DNA of 32,000 bases. Source: Mycolicibacterium smegmatis (GTDB lineage: Bacteria; Actinomycetota; Actinomycetes; Mycobacteriales; Mycobacteriaceae). How positions within the stretch are numbered: position 1 is the stretch's first letter; the number at the start of each line of letters is the position of its first letter. The stretch is from NCBI RefSeq assembly GCF_001457595.1, contig NZ_LN831039.1:6360001-6392000 (forward strand). Reading direction: 5' to 3'. The notes below the pieces were generated by a model, which saw only the letters and a program-made list of their open reading frames with translations, had not been told where the DNA came from and searched no databases. This document shows, in pieces, positions 27,999 to 32,000 of the stretch. The translations under genes and the position numbers were made by a program.

Positions 27999-28893
27999 GG
28001 AATTCCACGACCGCCGAGGCGAGGTCTTCGCCGGCGTCCTCCTGCAGGAAATGACCCGCGCCGGAGATCACGGGGTGCTCGATGCCGTGGGCGCCGCGCA
28101 TCTCCTTCTTGAAGATCGGGGCCATGCCGCCGGTGATGGGGTCGCCGTCACTGAACGCGACCAGCATGGGGGTCTTGCTGGCGCGCAGCACTTTCCATGC
28201 CGCGCGGTTGGCCTCGGCGGCCGGGTCGTCGGGTGAGGTGGGCACCAGGCCCGGCATCGCACGCGGCCCGGCGCAGTAGGAGTCGTCGGGGAACGGGGCG
28301 TCGTAAGCCGCGATCACGCCGTCACTGAGCGGACGGCGGCACCCCGAGGCCACGAATCGTCCGACGTCGACCTTCGGCGCCTTCTGTATCGCGTTGCGGA
28401 ACTGCCACCAGATATCGGGCATCGGGATGTCACCGGTGGGCAGGCCGGTGTTGGCGACGACGATGTTGGCGAACCGGTCCGGATGTTCGGCGGCCAGTCG
28501 CAGCCCGATCAGCCCGCCCCAGTCCTGCCCGACGAGGGTCACCTTCCGCAGATCGAGCGCGTCGAACACCAGCGACCGCATCCACTCGACGTGCCGCGCG
28601 TAGGTGTGGTCCTCGATGCGGGTGGGCTTGTCGGAGCGGCCGAACCCGACGAGGTCGGGGCAGATGACGCGGTGACCCGCCGCGACGAGGATCGGGATCA
28701 TCTTGCGGTACAGGAACGACCAAGATGGTTCCCCATGCAACAAAAGGACGGGTTCGGCGTGCGCCGGGCCGTCCTCGACCCAGGCCACCCGCAGCCGTCC
28801 GCCTTCCCCGTCGTCAATATCGCAATACATTGGCGCGTAGGGGAATTCGGGAAGCTGGGCAAATCGCTCGTCCGGTGTACGCAAAGTCTGCAC
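27985..28893 (-). CDS. Haloalkane dehalogenase-like alpha/beta hydrolase
   Basis: LLLHGEPSWSFLYRKMIPIL; GRSDKP; VGQDWGGLIGLRLA (Asp nucleophile plus Trp); GAGHFLQEDAGEDLA (His). Confidence 0.88.
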
Positions 28894-29028
28894 AGCTTCG
28901 AATCTACGGCGGCGTGTGCAGCAGTTCGGGGAATTCGCGTAATCACATAACGCGATTGCCAGCTAACTCCATACTTTGCAGGACGGCTGGTTTGATCTTG
29001 ACCGGCCACGACCGTGAGGAGATCAGTG

Positions 29029-29559
29029 GTGAAGCGAGGGTTCCTGGTAGCTGTCGGAAGTGCCGCACTTGTCGTCGCGGGTCTGTCCGGCTGTTCGTCC
29101 GACGACAAGAGCGCCGAGGCAAGCGAGGCGTCACCCACCGCAAACGCGACCGTCGACTCGACGGCCTCACCCGGCACCTCGGTGGCGGCAGGCGACGCCA
29201 CCGCCACCACCGGGACGGGTACCGCCCGGGTGGTCATCGACGGCGCCGAACACCCTATCGAGGGATCAGTCGTGTGCGCCACCGTGGCGGGCAACGTGTC
29301 CGTGACCGTCGGCCAGGGCACCTCCGCCGTCACCGCGACCCTGTCCGAAGGGGATCAGCCCGCCGTCAGCGCGGTCGCGCTCGGCAACATCGACGGTGTG
29401 AGCCTCGGCTACACGCCGGGTGTGCCGGGTGGCAGCGCAGAGGCCACCAAGGACGGCAACAAGTACACGATCAAGGGCAGTGCCACCGGCGCTGACATGG
29501 CCAACCCGATGGCCGGTGCGGTGACCAAACCGTTCGAACTCGAGATCACCTGCCCGTAG
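29029..29559 (+). CDS. LpqH-like lipoprotein (19-kDa antigen family), second copy
   Basis: GAGGAG SD; lipobox VVAGLSGCSS; T/A-rich linker; C-terminal KPFELEITCP; start GTG 29026 or 29029. Confidence 0.85.
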   Translation: MKRGFLVAVGSAALVVAGLSGCSSDDKSAEASEASPTANATVDSTASPGTSVAAGDATATTGTGTARVVIDGAEHPIEGSVVCATVAGNVSVTVGQGTSAVTATLSEGDQPAVSAVALGNIDGVSLGYTPGVPGGSAEATKDGNKYTIKGSATGADMANPMAGAVTKPFELEITCP

Positions 29560-29578
29560 AAATAGTCTCCTACGTGTT

Positions 29579-29597
29579 GGGCCCGGCCTGCGGGCCC
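29579..29597 (+). terminator. Hairpin GGGCCCG-GCCTG-CGGGCCC downstream of the lipoprotein gene; candidate U-less intrinsic terminator
   Basis: 7-bp all-GC perfect stem, 5-nt loop, 20 nt after the stop codon. Confidence 0.45.
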
Positions 29598-29653
29598 CGG
29601 CCAGATCCGACGCGCCCCCCGAGAACGCATCGGAGAACGACGCGGTGTGATGT

Positions 29654-29672
29654 GCTTGGCCCATGGCCAAGC
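29654..29672 (+). promoter_or_regulatory. Start-codon-enclosing hairpin GCTTGGCC-CAT-GGCCAAGC at MsAcT gene
   Basis: 8-bp perfect inverted repeat, 3-nt loop; the ATG (29663-29665) sits across the loop and the first base of the 3' arm. Confidence 0.55.
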
Positions 29673-30313
29673 GAATTCTGTGTTTCGGTGATTCCCTGAC
29701 CTGGGGCTGGGTCCCCGTCGAAGACGGGGCACCCACCGAGCGGTTCGCCCCCGACGTGCGCTGGACCGGTGTGCTGGCCCAGCAGCTCGGAGCGGACTTC
29801 GAGGTGATCGAGGAGGGACTGAGCGCGCGCACCACCAACATCGACGACCCCACCGATCCGCGGCTCAACGGCGCGAGCTACCTGCCGTCGTGCCTCGCGA
29901 CGCACCTGCCGCTCGACCTGGTGATCATCATGCTGGGCACCAACGACACCAAGGCCTACTTCCGGCGCACCCCGCTCGACATCGCGCTGGGCATGTCGGT
30001 GCTCGTCACGCAGGTGCTCACCAGCGCGGGCGGCGTCGGCACCACGTACCCGGCACCCAAGGTGCTGGTGGTCTCGCCGCCACCGCTGGCGCCCATGCCG
30101 CACCCCTGGTTCCAGTTGATCTTCGAGGGCGGCGAGCAGAAGACCACTGAGCTCGCCCGCGTGTACAGCGCGCTCGCGTCGTTCATGAAGGTGCCGTTCT
30201 TCGACGCGGGTTCGGTGATCAGCACCGACGGCGTCGACGGAATCCACTTCACCGAGGCCAACAATCGCGATCTCGGGGTGGCCCTCGCGGAACAGGTGCG
30301 GAGCCTGCTGTAA
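29663..30313 (+). CDS. SGNH-family arylesterase/acyltransferase (MsAcT)
   Basis: 216 aa; catalytic Ser11 in FGDSLTWG; LGTNDTK; D..H in DGVDGIHFTEANN. Sequence matches my recollection of M. smegmatis MsAcT. Confidence 0.93.
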   Translation: MAKRILCFGDSLTWGWVPVEDGAPTERFAPDVRWTGVLAQQLGADFEVIEEGLSARTTNIDDPTDPRLNGASYLPSCLATHLPLDLVIIMLGTNDTKAYFRRTPLDIALGMSVLVTQVLTSAGGVGTTYPAPKVLVVSPPPLAPMPHPWFQLIFEGGEQKTTELARVYSALASFMKVPFFDAGSVISTDGVDGIHFTEANNRDLGVALAEQVRSLL

Positions 30314-30323
30314 GGCTGGGGGC

Positions 30324-32000
30324 ATGCACTTACGTCCCGCTCTGACGTGGCTCCTGGTTGTCGGTCTGTTCATATCGGTCGTCGGATGTTCGTCGTCCCC
30401 GGATCCGGCCGACCGGTTCTCGGCGTTCGCCGAGGCGCTGGGCCGCAAGGATGCGGCCGCGGCGGCCGCCCAGACCAGCGATCCGGCGGCCGCGGAGGCG
30501 GCCATCACCGCGATGCTGGCCGGGATGGGCGACGCCGCGAACGTCTCGGTGGCCGCCGAACCCGAGGAAGGCGACGACGCGGGCGCGACGCTGAAGTACA
30601 CGTGGACCTGGGGTGAGGGCCGCGACTTCGGCTACGACACCACCGCGACGGCGGCCAAATCCGGTGACGACTGGCTGATCACCTGGTCCCCCACCGTGTT
30701 GCACCGCGACCTCACCCCGGATCTGCGCTTCCAGTACAGCGAGGACAGCGAATTGCAGACCCCGGTGCTCGACCGCACCGGCCAGCCGTTGATGACATGG
30801 CAGACCGTCGGTGTCATCACTGTCGAACGCGCACATCCGGAGTCGGCCGCACCGCTCGCCGCCCTGCTGGCGCCCTTCGATCCGACCACCACCACCGAAT
30901 CGGTCACCGCACAACTCAATTCGACGACCGATGACCGCGTGACGGTGATGAAGCTGCGCGAGGACGATCTGGGTCAGGTGCGCGATCAGCTCGCGCAGAT
31001 CCCCGGCGTGACCGTGCGTGAGCAGGGTGAGCTGCTCACCGCCGACCGGCAGCTGTCCTCGCCCGCCATCAGCGGCCTGGACGAGCTGTGGCACGACCGG
31101 ATCACCGCCAACGCGGGCTGGTCGGTGTACCTGGTCGACGCCGACGGTGCACCCGCACAACAGCTCACGTCCACGCCGCCCAAGGACACCGGGCCCGTGC
31201 GCACCACGCTGGACCTGCGCATGCAACTGCTCGCGCAGCAGGCCGTGGCCAAGGAGACCCGCCCGGCCGTGGTGGTCGCGATCTCCGGATCGACCGGGGG
31301 CATCCTGGCCGCCGCACAGAACCCGGCCGCCGATCCGCAAGGTGCGATCGCGTTTTCGGGCCTGTACCCGCCGGGGTCGACGTTCAAGACCATCACCACG
31401 GCGGCAGCCCTCGACGCGGGCCTGGCCACCCCGGACACACCGGTGGCCTGCCCGGGTGAGCTCACCATCGAGAACCGCACGATCCCCAACGACGACAACT
31501 TCGACCTGGGCACCGTGCCGTTGTCGTCGGCGTTCTCGCACTCCTGCAACACCAGCATGGCCGCCCTGTCCGACGAGCTGCCGCCCAACGCACTGACCGA
31601 CATGGCAAAGGACTTCGGGATCGGCGTCGACTTCATGGTGCCCGGCCTGACCACCGTGACCGGCCGTGTCCCCAACGCCGACAACGCCGCCCAGCGTGTC
31701 GAGAACGGCATCGGCCAGGGCACCGTGACCGTCAGCCCGTTCGGCCTCGCCGTCGCCGAGGCCAGCCTGGCGCACGGTTCGACGATCCTGCCGACGCTGG
31801 TCGACGGCGAGAAGACCACGGCCGACACCCCGTCGGTGCCGTTGCCGCCCAACATCACCGACGCGCTGCGCGCGATGATGCGCGGAACGGTCACCGAGGG
31901 CACGGCCACCGCGTTGAGCGACATCCCCGACCTGGGCGGCAAGACCGGCACGGCGGAATTCGGCGACAACACGCACTCGCACGGCTGGTTCGCGGGCATC
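30324..32000 (+). CDS. Penicillin-binding lipoprotein with NTF2/MecR1-like N-terminal region and transpeptidase domain (partial, runs off window)
   Basis: Not in the supplied ORF track because no stop is reached; 559 codons open. MHLRPALTWLLVVGLFISVVGCSSSPDPADRF (lipobox); SxxK = GSTFKTI; SxN = SCN in FSHSCNTSM; KTG = GGKTGTAEFG. Confidence 0.92.
   Translation, partial: MHLRPALTWLLVVGLFISVVGCSSSPDPADRFSAFAEALGRKDAAAAAAQTSDPAAAEAAITAMLAGMGDAANVSVAAEPEEGDDAGATLKYTWTWGEGRDFGYDTTATAAKSGDDWLITWSPTVLHRDLTPDLRFQYSEDSELQTPVLDRTGQPLMTWQTVGVITVERAHPESAAPLAALLAPFDPTTTTESVTAQLNSTTDDRVTVMKLREDDLGQVRDQLAQIPGVTVREQGELLTADRQLSSPAISGLDELWHDRITANAGWSVYLVDADGAPAQQLTSTPPKDTGPVRTTLDLRMQLLAQQAVAKETRPAVVVAISGSTGGILAAAQNPAADPQGAIAFSGLYPPGSTFKTITTAAALDAGLATPDTPVACPGELTIENRTIPNDDNFDLGTVPLSSAFSHSCNTSMAALSDELPPNALTDMAKDFGIGVDFMVPGLTTVTGRVPNADNAAQRVENGIGQGTVTVSPFGLAVAEASLAHGSTILPTLVDGEKTTADTPSVPLPPNITDALRAMMRGTVTEGTATALSDIPDLGGKTGTAEFGDNTHSHGWFAGI

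Noticed and set aside
30330-31982. 550-aa minus-strand ORF (and 30986..31999)
   Set aside because: Antisense shadow of the lipo-PBP that carries STFK, SCN and KTG motifs in the plus frame.

Overview
This is a dense, high-GC actinobacterial chromosomal window. One ORF (29663..30313) appears identical, from memory, to the Mycolicibacterium smegmatis SGNH acyltransferase/arylesterase MsAcT, so I infer M. smegmatis; I could not run a search. The window encodes about 27 proteins: a PepA-like PDZ serine protease, a PucR regulator, a DadA-like oxidase, a Gre-family protein, a TetR regulator, a tightly overlapping 7-gene catabolic operon (CaiB CoA-transferase, MHS permease, Zn-ADH, ALDH, CitE-like lyase, D-2-hydroxyacid dehydrogenase, GntR), a PolD/LigC/LigC2 end-joining cluster, a carboxylesterase, a small phage-like ORF, GluQRS, a fused SBP-permease ABC transporter with its ATPase, an acyl-CoA transferase, a saccharopine dehydrogenase-like protein, a P450, Tgt, two LpqH-like lipoproteins, a haloalkane dehalogenase-like hydrolase, MsAcT, and an open-ended lipo-PBP that the supplied ORF track omits. 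I see no CRISPR array, tRNA/rRNA, transposon or obvious defence system. The best leads are (i) MsAcT placed 10 bp upstream of a lipidated penicillin-binding protein, with an 8-bp perfect stem enclosing its start codon; (ii) tandem strong hairpins in the leader of a Gre paralogue that seems to have a shortened coiled coil; (iii) the uncharacterised 7-gene catabolic operon with a predicted leaderless promoter; (iv) twin CACGTG half-sites flanking the TetR core promoter; (v) a 21-nt near-perfect palindrome in front of the saccharopine dehydrogenase-like gene; (vi) five starts where TANNNT ends exactly at -7, implying leaderless mRNAs. None of these demonstrates a new system; they are testable leads.
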